From contig NC_019693.1 of NCBI RefSeq assembly GCF_000317105.1, positions 3,839,227-3,903,226 of the forward strand: 64,000 nt of DNA. The letters run 5' to 3'. The stretch's first letter is position 1. Each line of letters begins with the position of its first letter. This DNA is from Oscillatoria acuminata PCC 6304. Its GTDB lineage: Bacteria; Cyanobacteriota; Cyanobacteriia; Cyanobacteriales; Laspinemataceae. This document shows, in pieces, positions 9,540-18,995 of this stretch. The position numbers and the translations under genes are program-made. The notes beneath the pieces are model-generated. The model was not told the origin of the DNA. It searched no databases and was given only the letters and a program-made list of their open reading frames with translations.

Positions 9540-9710
9540 GGATCCAATCCGTCAAATCGAGGATCCATTCTCTCTGTAGGGGCGATTCGCGAATCGCCTA
9601 CATTATTTATAGAGGCTGAAGAGTTAGGTCTTTGATAACCGGATGAGGATCCAAACCGTCAAATCGAGGATCCATTCTCTCTGTAGGGGCGATTCGCGAA
9701 TCGCCTGTAG
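9540..9710. repeat. Two tandem ~63-bp repeat units (period ~107 bp), each ending in an 18-bp perfect palindrome GGCGATTCGCGAATCGCC
   Basis: Copy A at 9540-9602 and copy B at 9647-9710 are near-identical; palindromes at 9581-9598 and 9688-9705, flanked by TGTAGG/CTACA. Confidence 0.7.
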
Positions 9711-9896
9711 ATGTAGGGGCCAGTCTATAAAAACCCGCACACTGGAAGCTCTGGCTCCACAGACGAAGGCCGCCTAAGCGCTGTCGCGCAGGCTGCGCCA
9801 AACGCGGCGTCATCCATAAAATCGACTTGTTCCAACCGGATTTGGTATGAGCAGATTCCGCAGGTGATGGGGAATCTGGTCATCCAATCTGATAAA

Positions 9897-10490
9897 TTAG
9901 CGGGAAAAAGAGGCTAAAGGCTTCTTGCTAATGATGCGTGAGCCTAGAGATAAACGCAGCATCCCCAAGGCAGTATCGCCCTTGATGCAATGTTCGAGAT
10001 TCGCCCCGTCTAAGTTGGCTGCAGTCAGGTTCACACCCATGAGATTCGCCTGATAGAGATTAGCGGCGCTGAGATTTGCCCAGGTTAAGTTGGCATTGCT
10101 GAGATTCGCAGCGCTAAAGTTGACCTGAGCGGCATGACAATGGCTGAGGTTAGAACCGACTAGGCTGGCTTGGTAGAGATTAGCCCCCTCCAAAAAAACG
10201 CTAGTCAAGTTGGCGCGATCGAGGATGGTGCCGCTTAAGTTGGCATTCAATAGGGAAGCATAACTTAAGTCGCAAGCCACTAAGATACTGTCGGTTAAAA
10301 CCAGATGGTTCAACTTTAGCCCGCGTAAATCTACATTGGATAACTGTAGACCATTGAACTGTAGATCGCCTATCTCCAAGCGTCGCCGGAATTCCTCTCC
10401 ACTCATGGCAATTTTGCGAGACTGTACATGGCGGTTGAGACTGTTGCGATCGCCATTTAAGAATGCTTTCAAACGGTTAAACATAATCAC
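9897..10490 (-). CDS. Pentapeptide repeat protein
   Basis: Long run of A(N/D)LxxANLxxANL pentapeptide repeats. Confidence 0.85.
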   Translation of the reverse strand: MIMFNRLKAFLNGDRNSLNRHVQSRKIAMSGEEFRRRLEIGDLQFNGLQLSNVDLRGLKLNHLVLTDSILVACDLSYASLLNANLSGTILDRANLTSVFLEGANLYQASLVGSNLSHCHAAQVNFSAANLSNANLTWANLSAANLYQANLMGVNLTAANLDGANLEHCIKGDTALGMLRLSLGSRIISKKPLASFSR

Positions 10491-10563
10491 TCCAGGTTGG
10501 TTAGAAGTTGAGTTTCATGTTGGAAAGTCCCGGGAGGGCGATCCCCTGATCGCCCTCCCCTGC

Positions 10564-11277
10564 TTACATCCCCAAGGAACCCCACAGTTGGGGGACTTTA
10601 CGAGCAATGTTTTCACGCAGTCTGGGAACCAGCACCATTGCGGTTTTATAGAGTTCCTCAATGGCATCTGCGATGGGAACAAGTTGCAAGTCAGGATTGG
10701 GATAACTACTGAGTTGGTGTCCGAGGCGTTGGGGGCGAAGGTGCTCACTCAGGTAAGCTAATCCATAGCGGACATCGTTAACGCGCTTGACTGTATCGAC
10801 ATAGCACGAGGCAACACCCTCCTCTACGCCAGGTTCTGGGGGGTCGGGATGGTTCCGCGCGATCGCAGTCAGGCTATCAAGGCACTCGACAGTTTCCTTG
10901 AAGCTGTCGAGTAGCTCGAAACGCTCCTCTGGACTGGGGATTTCCTCATTGCGAATCTTGTCCCCGAAGGTGGTCACTTGGGCGCTTAAACTCATAAGCA
11001 GAGGCGGCAAAGCTGACGCAATCTCATCTAAATCATTGAACAAGGCTCGGGCTTGTTTGGGTGACATCAGTTGCCTCTGATGGGCGAGTCGAGCGATTTC
11101 CACTAGCTGAGGCAGGGACTCACAGCGCCCAGTCTTGCGGTATTCCGCTAGGAATCGTTCCAGGATCATGCGATCGCTCACAGGAGCTTGACGCGGAACA
11201 TCAACGGGAGTCAGATTCGGAGGGTTTCGTTTGAGTGGGTTGTAGGCTTTCATAGGAATTATTTTTCTGTCGCTCAT
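10564..11277 (-). CDS. Hypothetical protein
   Basis: 237-aa ORF co-directional with its neighbours; no motif recognised. Confidence 0.35.
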   Translation of the reverse strand: MSDRKIIPMKAYNPLKRNPPNLTPVDVPRQAPVSDRMILERFLAEYRKTGRCESLPQLVEIARLAHQRQLMSPKQARALFNDLDEIASALPPLLMSLSAQVTTFGDKIRNEEIPSPEERFELLDSFKETVECLDSLTAIARNHPDPPEPGVEEGVASCYVDTVKRVNDVRYGLAYLSEHLRPQRLGHQLSSYPNPDLQLVPIADAIEELYKTAMVLVPRLRENIARKVPQLWGSLGM

Positions 11278-11383
11278 AGTTGGGGTAGGGGCGATCGCCT
11301 TGAATCCAGGGGGATAGTTCAGGGCGATCGCGCTTAAAGTTCAGAACTAAATGGCTGGTTAATTTGAGGGCAATGACTGATTC

Positions 11384-12643
11384 CTAAGCATCGTCTTCCG
11401 ATTCATCGGCATCTGCCGCCCGAATCAACTCTTCTAGGTAAGCAATTATGGCCTCGCCCACTGCATCATTGCGGGACTGCTCGGTGTCTTTTCGGTGGGC
11501 GTAGGCGAGGGTCATCCAGCAGGCACCGCCACTGCTGACAACGGATAAAATTAGGAAGAATAGGGGAAATCCTAACCCGGCAATATCGCCCTGGGTTAGC
11601 TTGTGATGGAGGTTAACCATCGCGAGACGAATGGTTTCCGTACCCGATCGCAGGTCGTAATTCTCATCAAAATGGCGGGCAAATAATTCGGGCATTTGCT
11701 GTTGTAAGAACAACACGTCATCGCCTAACTCATGGCGCTTGGCTAATTTTTCGTTCCATCGTTGTTGAGCTTCTTCCTTGGTTGCTGCTGCTTCCCGTTG
11801 CAGTCTCAACATTCGCTGTTCCAGGGGTAAATTTTCTGTGGGTACAGAACTCCAATCGCGATCGCGATTTTCCCAGGTACCGAATAAGCGAGTGTAGAAG
11901 GTATTCCAATTCGGATGGCTGCGAGACATTCCTTGAAACTCCTGGAAAGCGGCTTCATATTCTTGGCGGGCGCTTTCATAAGCGGTACTGGTGGCGGGCA
12001 TATCCTCCAGATTTTGAGTGAGGCGATCAATCTGCTCGATCGCCTTAAGTTGGCTGAGTTCGGGACGATTATTCATCGCCTCGCTCCCTACAGCAGCGGC
12101 GATCGATTGCAGAGTTGACATGGCAATCATTGCTGCTGCTGCCGCTTTCGCCCAGTTGTGGTTACCATATTTGCGTCCGGCGACAGCAGTGCCGTTGTCA
12201 TTGGTAAACTTGATAATCAGCAGGTTAAGAGTCAGACTCGCCGTCATTGCCGGGAGATTGCCAAAATCTTTGAAGGCAAAGAATAGTATGGGTTGATTGG
12301 TGATGGCGTTCAGCAAGCTACCAATGCTAATGACACGAGCGGTTAGTTGGGAATGTTCTACTAGCTCTGCGGTAGCGATGTTTTTGCCGTAAAACTCTTC
12401 TGGGTTGGCAAAAATGAGACTTACCAGAAATAACCCTATCTTCTGTCCGGTCCGTTGGAAAGGATTGGCTTTGGGGGGAGGTTGTAACAGTTCTGGATGC
12501 AGTTCCCGTAAGGTTTGGGCTGCTTTTTTTGCTTCCTCTTTAGCCTTGGGAATGATGAAGGAGTGGAAAGATTTATTCATGATTGTGGATGGGTAAAGTT
12601 CTGGGATTTTTTGAAGAGAATTAACTTGCTGGCATCTACCCAC
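11384..12643 (-). CDS. Hypothetical protein (possible membrane-associated, coiled-coil middle region)
   Basis: 419-aa ORF; hydrophobic segments near both ends. The true start may be the internal Met (MNKSF...). Confidence 0.35.
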   Translation of the reverse strand: MGRCQQVNSLQKIPELYPSTIMNKSFHSFIIPKAKEEAKKAAQTLRELHPELLQPPPKANPFQRTGQKIGLFLVSLIFANPEEFYGKNIATAELVEHSQLTARVISIGSLLNAITNQPILFFAFKDFGNLPAMTASLTLNLLIIKFTNDNGTAVAGRKYGNHNWAKAAAAAMIAMSTLQSIAAAVGSEAMNNRPELSQLKAIEQIDRLTQNLEDMPATSTAYESARQEYEAAFQEFQGMSRSHPNWNTFYTRLFGTWENRDRDWSSVPTENLPLEQRMLRLQREAAATKEEAQQRWNEKLAKRHELGDDVLFLQQQMPELFARHFDENYDLRSGTETIRLAMVNLHHKLTQGDIAGLGFPLFFLILSVVSSGGACWMTLAYAHRKDTEQSRNDAVGEAIIAYLEELIRAADADESEDDA

Positions 12644-12721
12644 TTCAACCCCTTTTAAAAGGGAGATTAAATACCTCCCCCCTTATTAAGGGGTTGAGGG
12701 GGATAACCATCGATCACTTTG

Positions 12722-12985
12722 TTATCTATCGGCTGGGCCGGAATTGATGCGCTCAAAAGTATCGCTCGCGTTAGGAGTTCTCAAACTATTGCTGAGGGAG
12801 TTCGCCACCAACATTAAAATGATGGCGAATACCAAAAAACTCATTAAGCTATCAACGGGAGAAAATAGCATTTCTGGGCGCATTTTTTGACCGCAGAAGG
12901 AACAGTAGATCCAAAATCCCTGTTTTTCGCGGGTGCAGGGGAGCGATCGCAAATATTTCATCTCTTTGTAAGGACAGATGAGCAT
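12722..12985 (-). CDS. Small hypothetical membrane protein
   Basis: 87-aa ORF with one hydrophobic helix; weak. Confidence 0.2.
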   Translation of the reverse strand: MLICPYKEMKYLRSLPCTREKQGFWIYCSFCGQKMRPEMLFSPVDSLMSFLVFAIILMLVANSLSNSLRTPNASDTFERINSGPADR

Positions 12986-13064
12986 AATAGAATGACCTCT
13001 TGTGAGTGTTGAATCTCAAGAAAGAGCAACCCACCTAGTTGGACTAGGCGGGTAGTGATCGCCG

Positions 13065-13580
13065 TTAGTCACAGGGGATGATGAGCATCATATTATTGTT
13101 ATCGCCTCGAATTTCCAGGGCGATCGCCTTCTCGCCCAAAGCCTTGCCCATTTCGTGATAGCCCTGCAACATCGTCCCTAAATGTTGCTGTAGAACATCC
13201 CCGGTAATGTAAGCCTGTACTAGCAAAATCGGCTCGGGGATCCAAGTTTGATGACTGGGGTCGAACCAATTTCCATCAGACGGAACAACGTTATACCCTT
13301 CTGCTGGTCGGTTGACCTTTTCAATCCAAGGTTTGGCCTGAGAATATAGGTGACTCGGAATATGCACGAGAAGCGCAAAAGGAAGTTGATTGGCTTGAAT
13401 TTTTGAAACAGCGATCGCCTCTTGGACCATCTCGCTCAAGGATTTAGATCTGGTGATCGCCTCTTGGACCCTCTCATCGAATCTTAGTGGGCCTGCCTGA
13501 GAGGATTTTGGCGTTTCAGGACAACACGGTTCGGTTGTCACCCCTAGACCGAGCAACAGCTTTTTGCTAATATTGTTCAT
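13065..13580 (-). CDS. Hypothetical protein
   Basis: 171-aa ORF; contains a short internal direct repeat (VQEAI..SK twice). Confidence 0.35.
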   Translation of the reverse strand: MNNISKKLLLGLGVTTEPCCPETPKSSQAGPLRFDERVQEAITRSKSLSEMVQEAIAVSKIQANQLPFALLVHIPSHLYSQAKPWIEKVNRPAEGYNVVPSDGNWFDPSHQTWIPEPILLVQAYITGDVLQQHLGTMLQGYHEMGKALGEKAIALEIRGDNNNMMLIIPCD

Positions 13581-13662
13581 AAGTTAAATATTGTCGGAAT
13601 CAAATTTCCCTCTAAGCGATTGCCGTCGCCGAGGGATGGACAATTCAAAGATGCGATCGGGC

Positions 13663-13700
13663 TGGAGCTGGAAAACTCCAGCGCGATTTTTTAATGATAT
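13663..13700 (+). promoter_or_regulatory. Hairpin + T-run upstream of the AAA-like operon (attenuator/terminator-like)
   Basis: GCTGGAG-ctggaaaa-CTCCAGC followed by GCGATTTTTT. No plus-strand gene upstream, so it is not an ordinary terminator. A TATAAT at 13803-13808 lies 20 nt before the ATG. Confidence 0.3.
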
Positions 13701-13828
13701 GCTTAGGTAACAAAAACGTCAAGTCACTACGCAACTTTTTAAATAACCACGCAATTTTTATGATCACTGATACAATTTCTGTTTTCTATGTACACATTAA
13801 GCTATAATGGTACACTGGCATCGAATCT

Positions 13829-15223
13829 ATGGTCCAGCGACAAGTTATGAACGCTCAAGCCTTCCAAGACCGAGTAACGGCTCTGAAAGCAAAAAAGAAG
13901 ACTTACAAGGTTTTAGCCACATTTCTCCAAACGGGCGGAGACTTTGAGCAAACTGCCGCCCAAAGCGGCATCAAAGAAGGAACTGTCCGAAAACACTTGT
14001 CTGAGATCTACACAATCTTCAAGATTGAGGGAAGCAAGCAAAAGCGGGAGCGTCTCATCGCCTTGTTCAGCCAGTACCAACCGGAGTTAGTCAACCCAAA
14101 GAAGCGTATGGACAAAGTAGAGCGGCTGACAGGCATTGTTCCCCTGGGTTCGCCCTTCTATATCCAACGAACCGAATACCAGATCATTCAGCAGGCTTTT
14201 GAATCTTGTCCTGAAGATCGTTTAGTGTTTTGTCGCCTCCGCAGTGCCAGAGGTCTGGGCAAATCTTCTTTATTGATCAGGCTGCGAGAGTTTCTCGAAG
14301 AAGATCTCGGTCACGCCGTAGGATGGGTAGACCTTTCACAGGGGACCACGGGGGTGTTGCAAGACTTCCCCAGTTTATTGAAAATCTTTACAAAAGCCGT
14401 CGCCCAAGAATTTGCCTGCGCCTTGCCCCACCTGTCTCTGTCCCTACCCGATTTACAACAAAACCACTGGCGAGAAGACCTCGCCCCAGGCACGAATTGT
14501 ATGGACTACTTAGAACAGTATGTTTTTAAACCCATTCATGAATCACCAGCAGGCCGACCCCTGACTCTAATTATTGAGGGGATCGACTCTCTGCTTGGGC
14601 AAGAAAGAATACAGTCACCATTTCTTGAGTGGCTCAGAGCTTGGAATGAGAGAAAAATGAAGCGGGTCAGCCGATCTCCAGTAATCTGGTCGAATGTGGT
14701 AATTGCCTATTCCACTGAACCCTATGCAGCTTATGAAATGGCCGGTTCTCCGCTGGATAACCTCGGTTTACCGATTGAATTGAAAGAATTCGACCGACAG
14801 CAAGTCTGTGACTTAACCGAGCGTTACGGATTAACTTGGCATAACGATCAACCAGAAATTGAGAAATTAATGTCCTGGATGGGCGGCCATCCCGAACTGC
14901 TCAATCGATCTTTGTATGCAATGCGGACCGAAAATTTAACATTAGATAGCTTTTTGGCATCCGTGACTCAACCGGGCAGTCAGTTCAACAGTTATTTGCA
15001 AGGGTATTTAAAAACACTACAAGACCATCCAGCTTTGGGGGACTGTTTCCGAAAAATCATCAAGGGCCAGCCCTGTAGTAACCGATTCAGTATTTTTCAA
15101 CTAGAAAAATGTGGATTAATCAATTTCGATGCTCAGAATCAACCTAAACCTCGTTTTAAATTATATGAGGAGTATTTTAAGCAGCATCTTAAATATTTTC
15201 CGCCGACTACAGATGAGGCATAA
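13829..15223 (+). CDS. LuxR-type HTH + AAA-like (PF14516-type) NTPase domain protein
   Basis: N-terminus 'TYKVLATFLQTGGDFEQTAAQSGIKEGTVRKHLSEIY' resembles a GerE/LuxR HTH. It is followed by 'GSPFYIQRTEY...RLRSARGLGKSSLLIRL', which matches the cyanobacterial AAA-like domain signature (sPFYveR...PRqmGKTSLL). Confidence 0.7.
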   Translation: MVQRQVMNAQAFQDRVTALKAKKKTYKVLATFLQTGGDFEQTAAQSGIKEGTVRKHLSEIYTIFKIEGSKQKRERLIALFSQYQPELVNPKKRMDKVERLTGIVPLGSPFYIQRTEYQIIQQAFESCPEDRLVFCRLRSARGLGKSSLLIRLREFLEEDLGHAVGWVDLSQGTTGVLQDFPSLLKIFTKAVAQEFACALPHLSLSLPDLQQNHWREDLAPGTNCMDYLEQYVFKPIHESPAGRPLTLIIEGIDSLLGQERIQSPFLEWLRAWNERKMKRVSRSPVIWSNVVIAYSTEPYAAYEMAGSPLDNLGLPIELKEFDRQQVCDLTERYGLTWHNDQPEIEKLMSWMGGHPELLNRSLYAMRTENLTLDSFLASVTQPGSQFNSYLQGYLKTLQDHPALGDCFRKIIKGQPCSNRFSIFQLEKCGLINFDAQNQPKPRFKLYEEYFKQHLKYFPPTTDEA

Positions 15224-17093
15224 AGAATTAATGGAGACTTACTATCAAGGTATTCATGGCGGGACACTGCCCCTGGAAGCGGCAACCTATGTGGAACGGG
15301 AAGCAGACCAAAGATTATATAATTTTTGCAGATCTAGCTCCAATGTGGCCCATGTTTTGGCGGCGCGACAGATGGGGAAGTCCAGCTTAATGGTGCGGGT
15401 GGCTGATCGCCTCCAACAGAATGGCAACTTTTGCGTTCAGGTGAACCTACAACAACTGGGTTTGGAACAGAATGGGAGTCCAGAACAGCTTTATCCGAGT
15501 CTGCTATGGGAAATCGAAAAATCTTTGCAGCCCCGAACTGCTAAAGATTTACGGCAGCGGTTAAATACTTTTTTGGATGAACTGCCCCCCGATATTGCTC
15601 CCGGTTTGAAATTTCGGGAAGGGCTAGAATTTTTGCTTTCAGAAGTGGTTCCAGAGTCCTGCCAATTGGTTATATTTTTAGATGAAATTCAACATCTGAT
15701 TTCCTGGAACTTACAAAATAATTTTCTGGGCTTTCTGAAAGCGATCGCCGGAAACCCCATTTTTGCTAGAGTGAAATTTGTGGTTTTGGGGGTAGCTCGT
15801 CCTGCGGATATTCTCACCGATCCGCAATTTGCCTTCAATGCTGTTTATCCAATTGAATTGACAGGTCTGCGTGGGGATTGTCCCCAACTGCTGCGGGGCT
15901 TGGAACCAGTCAGCCAGGACCCCGAAGCGGTACTTCGAGAAATTTTAAGCTGGACAGGGGGCAAGCCCTTTTTGACCCAACTCCTTTGTGATGTAGCCGT
16001 TCACGAACTTCACCACCTTCCTGCCGAAGAACTACCGGACCAGATAGAATTTTTAGTCAAAAATCATCTGTTCCAGGACTGGCGCAGGAATGATCGTCAA
16101 TCACATTTTCAAGAGATTGAACGCTGGTTTAAAAACGGTTATATTACGATTAAAGAACGCCAAAAAGCCCTTAAACTCTACTCATCATTGTTGATGCAGG
16201 GTCGGGCGGAGGTGTTCAACGACAGTCCGGAGCAGTTTAGCTTGGTTATTTCGGGTTTGGCTGAGAAGCGAGACGGAATGCTGGTGATTGCCAACCGAAT
16301 TTATGAGCAAGTTTTCGATCAGACTTGGATCACCACAACGGAAGAATACTTAACCAGTATACAGGAAGAATTTATGGTCAGTGCAAAAATTTTGAATCGC
16401 GATGTTTATATCCTGATCGACCAAAGCGCCTCGATGGATATAACAGATCAGGGTAAAGATAAAACTCGTTGGCAGCTTCTAGCTGAAAACGTAGCGGGTG
16501 ATGTTAAAAATCTGATGCGTGATCGCAACGGTCGCAAGGTTTGTGACAAAGTAACTTTATATCTTTTTAGTCGAGATAGAAGTGGAAAACGTTTTGAAAT
16601 TGACGAAAAATCCAGCATTCAACGAAGCATATTTGATGAAAATTTTCCGGATTCCAATACTTATATTGCAAAAACCTTTGAAGCCTGTTTTAAGGAGCAA
16701 GAGCAAAGCCCTAAAACCGAGGCAAATAAAAATGGCGCATTCATTATCATTTACACAGATGGGATGCTAGATGATCGTTCTATCTTTGAGAAAAAAATCC
16801 GTCAACTTTCGGAAAACCTACCCAACGAAGAGGTTCTCAAAGTGGTGATGATTGGCGTTGGGGATGATGTCAGAAGTAATCCAAAACCTTTTTTGGATTT
16901 AGATTTCAATTTAACACAAAATAAGCATAACATTTTTATCTTTGAACTGGCTGATGAAATGGAGGATATTATCGATACTCTGGATCGCCAACTGAGTGGC
17001 AAGCCGGAAGATCAAGTTCCCAATTGGGTCAAGCAAAATTACCCGGACTGGTTCGCTAAATATCAGGATTTCCAAAAAACCCGTAAGCCCTAG
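15213..17093 (+). CDS. AAA-like (PF14516-type) NTPase fused to a C-terminal von Willebrand factor A (vWA) domain
   Basis: 'YVEREADQRLYNF...AARQMGKSSLMVRV' P-loop region is paralogous to the upstream gene; C-terminal 'VYILIDQSASMD...T...IIIYTDGMLDD' is a vWA fold with a MIDAS DxSxS motif. The start ATG overlaps the upstream stop (ATGAGGCATAA), so the two genes are translationally coupled. Confidence 0.7.
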   Translation: MRHKELMETYYQGIHGGTLPLEAATYVEREADQRLYNFCRSSSNVAHVLAARQMGKSSLMVRVADRLQQNGNFCVQVNLQQLGLEQNGSPEQLYPSLLWEIEKSLQPRTAKDLRQRLNTFLDELPPDIAPGLKFREGLEFLLSEVVPESCQLVIFLDEIQHLISWNLQNNFLGFLKAIAGNPIFARVKFVVLGVARPADILTDPQFAFNAVYPIELTGLRGDCPQLLRGLEPVSQDPEAVLREILSWTGGKPFLTQLLCDVAVHELHHLPAEELPDQIEFLVKNHLFQDWRRNDRQSHFQEIERWFKNGYITIKERQKALKLYSSLLMQGRAEVFNDSPEQFSLVISGLAEKRDGMLVIANRIYEQVFDQTWITTTEEYLTSIQEEFMVSAKILNRDVYILIDQSASMDITDQGKDKTRWQLLAENVAGDVKNLMRDRNGRKVCDKVTLYLFSRDRSGKRFEIDEKSSIQRSIFDENFPDSNTYIAKTFEACFKEQEQSPKTEANKNGAFIIIYTDGMLDDRSIFEKKIRQLSENLPNEEVLKVVMIGVGDDVRSNPKPFLDLDFNLTQNKHNIFIFELADEMEDIIDTLDRQLSGKPEDQVPNWVKQNYPDWFAKYQDFQKTRKP

Positions 17094-17292
17094 ATGGAAA
17101 TGGGACTGATTACAATCAACGGAATGGGTTTTCCATCCATCTAATATCTAAACTCCTCTGGCGATCGCTATATTTCGCCCTTGTCCGTAGGCTTGTATGG
17201 GCCAAAAGTTTAAGCCAGAAAGACACCCAGAACCCAACTATGAGCAGCCGGGACTCTGGGTGTCCTTAGTATCCAAAGGGCATTACATCACA

Positions 17293-17796
17293 TCAAAGTT
17301 TCTCGGTCTCATCCTCAGAAACCGCTTGCAAAATCTGATGATACAGAGTTTCATTCACCCAATATTGGGCTTCTGCCATCATGGCATTTAACAGGGGTTT
17401 GACTTGGGGGATAATCCGGTTCTGTTTGGCTAAAATCAAAATCCCTAAAGTCCCAATTACATTTAATCCTAACTCTTGCGCCACTTTTCTAGCTCTTTTT
17501 TCATCCAAGATAACCCTGGGTTTTTGTTCAATCAATGCTAAAGCAATCACCTCCCTTTCCCCAGCATCTAATTGTGAAGGGATAGATTCTGGCATCTCCT
17601 CCACTGGCTGAACCTGAAGCCAACCGGCTTGAATCTCGTTAAGTATCGCTTCGGAGTTGGGAAATCGTGATTCAACTGTTTCTCCATAAACCGCTTGGGG
17701 AATGACCATTTCATTAAACAGGGATTTGAAGATGTCTAAGCGATTGATACTGGCAAAGTTAATCAAAGGGGTCGCATTACAAATTATTTTCAACAT
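17293..17796 (-). CDS. DUF3368 (PIN-like) toxin-type protein
   Basis: N-terminus 'ICNATPLINFASINRLDIF' is typical of DUF3368 PIN-like nucleases; overlaps the upstream small gene by 20 nt (TA-pair organisation). Confidence 0.65.
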   Translation of the reverse strand: MLKIICNATPLINFASINRLDIFKSLFNEMVIPQAVYGETVESRFPNSEAILNEIQAGWLQVQPVEEMPESIPSQLDAGEREVIALALIEQKPRVILDEKRARKVAQELGLNVIGTLGILILAKQNRIIPQVKPLLNAMMAEAQYWVNETLYHQILQAVSEDETEKL

Positions 17797-18046
17797 CCCA
17801 CAAGCCTGATTGAATCTCTTGGATGTCCTCGGCTAAATCATCTTGATTGTATTCTCGAACGATATGATTTTCTCCCAAGAGTTTCTGAAAGTCCCATACG
17901 GAATAATTTAACAACCGACGGGCTTGGCCAAAGGTAAAGATATTGTTTTGATAGAGTTGCATCGCAATTTGCTCCAGGACTGCGGTTTCACCTTGCTTAA
18001 TTAAGTCTATGGGAATTTCTATGTTGATGGTTTGCATCTCTATCAC
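17777..18046 (-). CDS. UPF0175-family antitoxin-type protein
   Basis: 89-aa protein directly upstream of and overlapping the DUF3368 gene. UPF0175/DUF3368 is a recurrent TA pairing. Confidence 0.6.
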   Translation of the reverse strand: MIEMQTINIEIPIDLIKQGETAVLEQIAMQLYQNNIFTFGQARRLLNYSVWDFQKLLGENHIVREYNQDDLAEDIQEIQSGLWDVENNL

Positions 18047-18065
18047 CTCATTATTTCAGAAAAAT

Positions 18066-18851
18066 TTATATTCCTTGTTCTGTTAACCAAATATCCGCCC
18101 AAGCTGCTTCAGATTCAGAGAAAGCGGGGATAGGTTCGGTGCTATAATCAATCACAAAATCATATCCAGCCCGGTCATATAGCTGATTTAATAACAGGTT
18201 TAAATCGATAATCGGTTCTGTATCCCCGGAACGTAGGGGTAGGGGAAAGGTGGGAATTGTATCGGGTAAATTAAATAGATATAGGTCGGCATGAGGACGC
18301 CGATCGCCTCGACTGACCAGAATCCGATAGTGTGCCTCCACATCGTTTCCTAAAACCGGCATCGGTTCCCCACCGCGTAACAGGTCAATTTCTACCAAAT
18401 GGGTGCGACTTCCAAAAATGCGGTTGCGCTTTTCTTCATAGATTTCCCTGCCTTTTCCCCGGCGCTTATTGGCAGGAGAAAGAACCTCGATCGCCGTCAC
18501 CACTTCCCCGGTTGCCATCTCTCGGACTTCTAAATATGCCTCCCGAAACTCCATCATCATCGGCACTTCCACCGGAAGGGGTTTTTGAGTCGGAGGTGCT
18601 GCCACTGCTACATTAGAATCTCCCGTCGCTGTCGGTTGGCGACGCTGCACAATCACATCGGGAATTCCCACCAATACGCTATCATTTCCGCTGCTTTCAT
18701 AGATCCGTTTTTCAATAGCTACTCGATATTTAGGGCGCAACTGCGGGACTAATAAATCCGCTATTTCTATCATCAACCGACTATGCACCTCGGGCCAAAA
18801 ATTCGGCCCTTCTAAATATGGGTCCATTCCCGGAAACGGAGAAGGCATCAT
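18066..18851 (-). CDS. DUF4058 family protein
   Basis: Diagnostic N-terminus 'MPSPFPGMDPYLEGPNFWPEVHSRL'. Confidence 0.8.
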   Translation of the reverse strand: MMPSPFPGMDPYLEGPNFWPEVHSRLMIEIADLLVPQLRPKYRVAIEKRIYESSGNDSVLVGIPDVIVQRRQPTATGDSNVAVAAPPTQKPLPVEVPMMMEFREAYLEVREMATGEVVTAIEVLSPANKRRGKGREIYEEKRNRIFGSRTHLVEIDLLRGGEPMPVLGNDVEAHYRILVSRGDRRPHADLYLFNLPDTIPTFPLPLRSGDTEPIIDLNLLLNQLYDRAGYDFVIDYSTEPIPAFSESEAAWADIWLTEQGI

Positions 18852-18995
18852 TTTCCTCCCAATTTAATCATTTTGTAGACTTAAATCTAACTGCTACCGA
18901 GGTCCAAATTTACTCGGGGTTTGCTCTGAATGACTGCGGTGAGTATAGATTTAGGATGGGCATAATTCAGCCTAAATCTATACTCAAGATGAGAA

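Noticed and set aside
9540-9710. Possible CRISPR array (regularly spaced palindromic repeats).
   Set aside because: There are only two repeat copies, and the ~44-bp sequences between them are themselves partly similar. No cas genes are nearby. The palindrome belongs to a dispersed repeat family seen elsewhere in the window.
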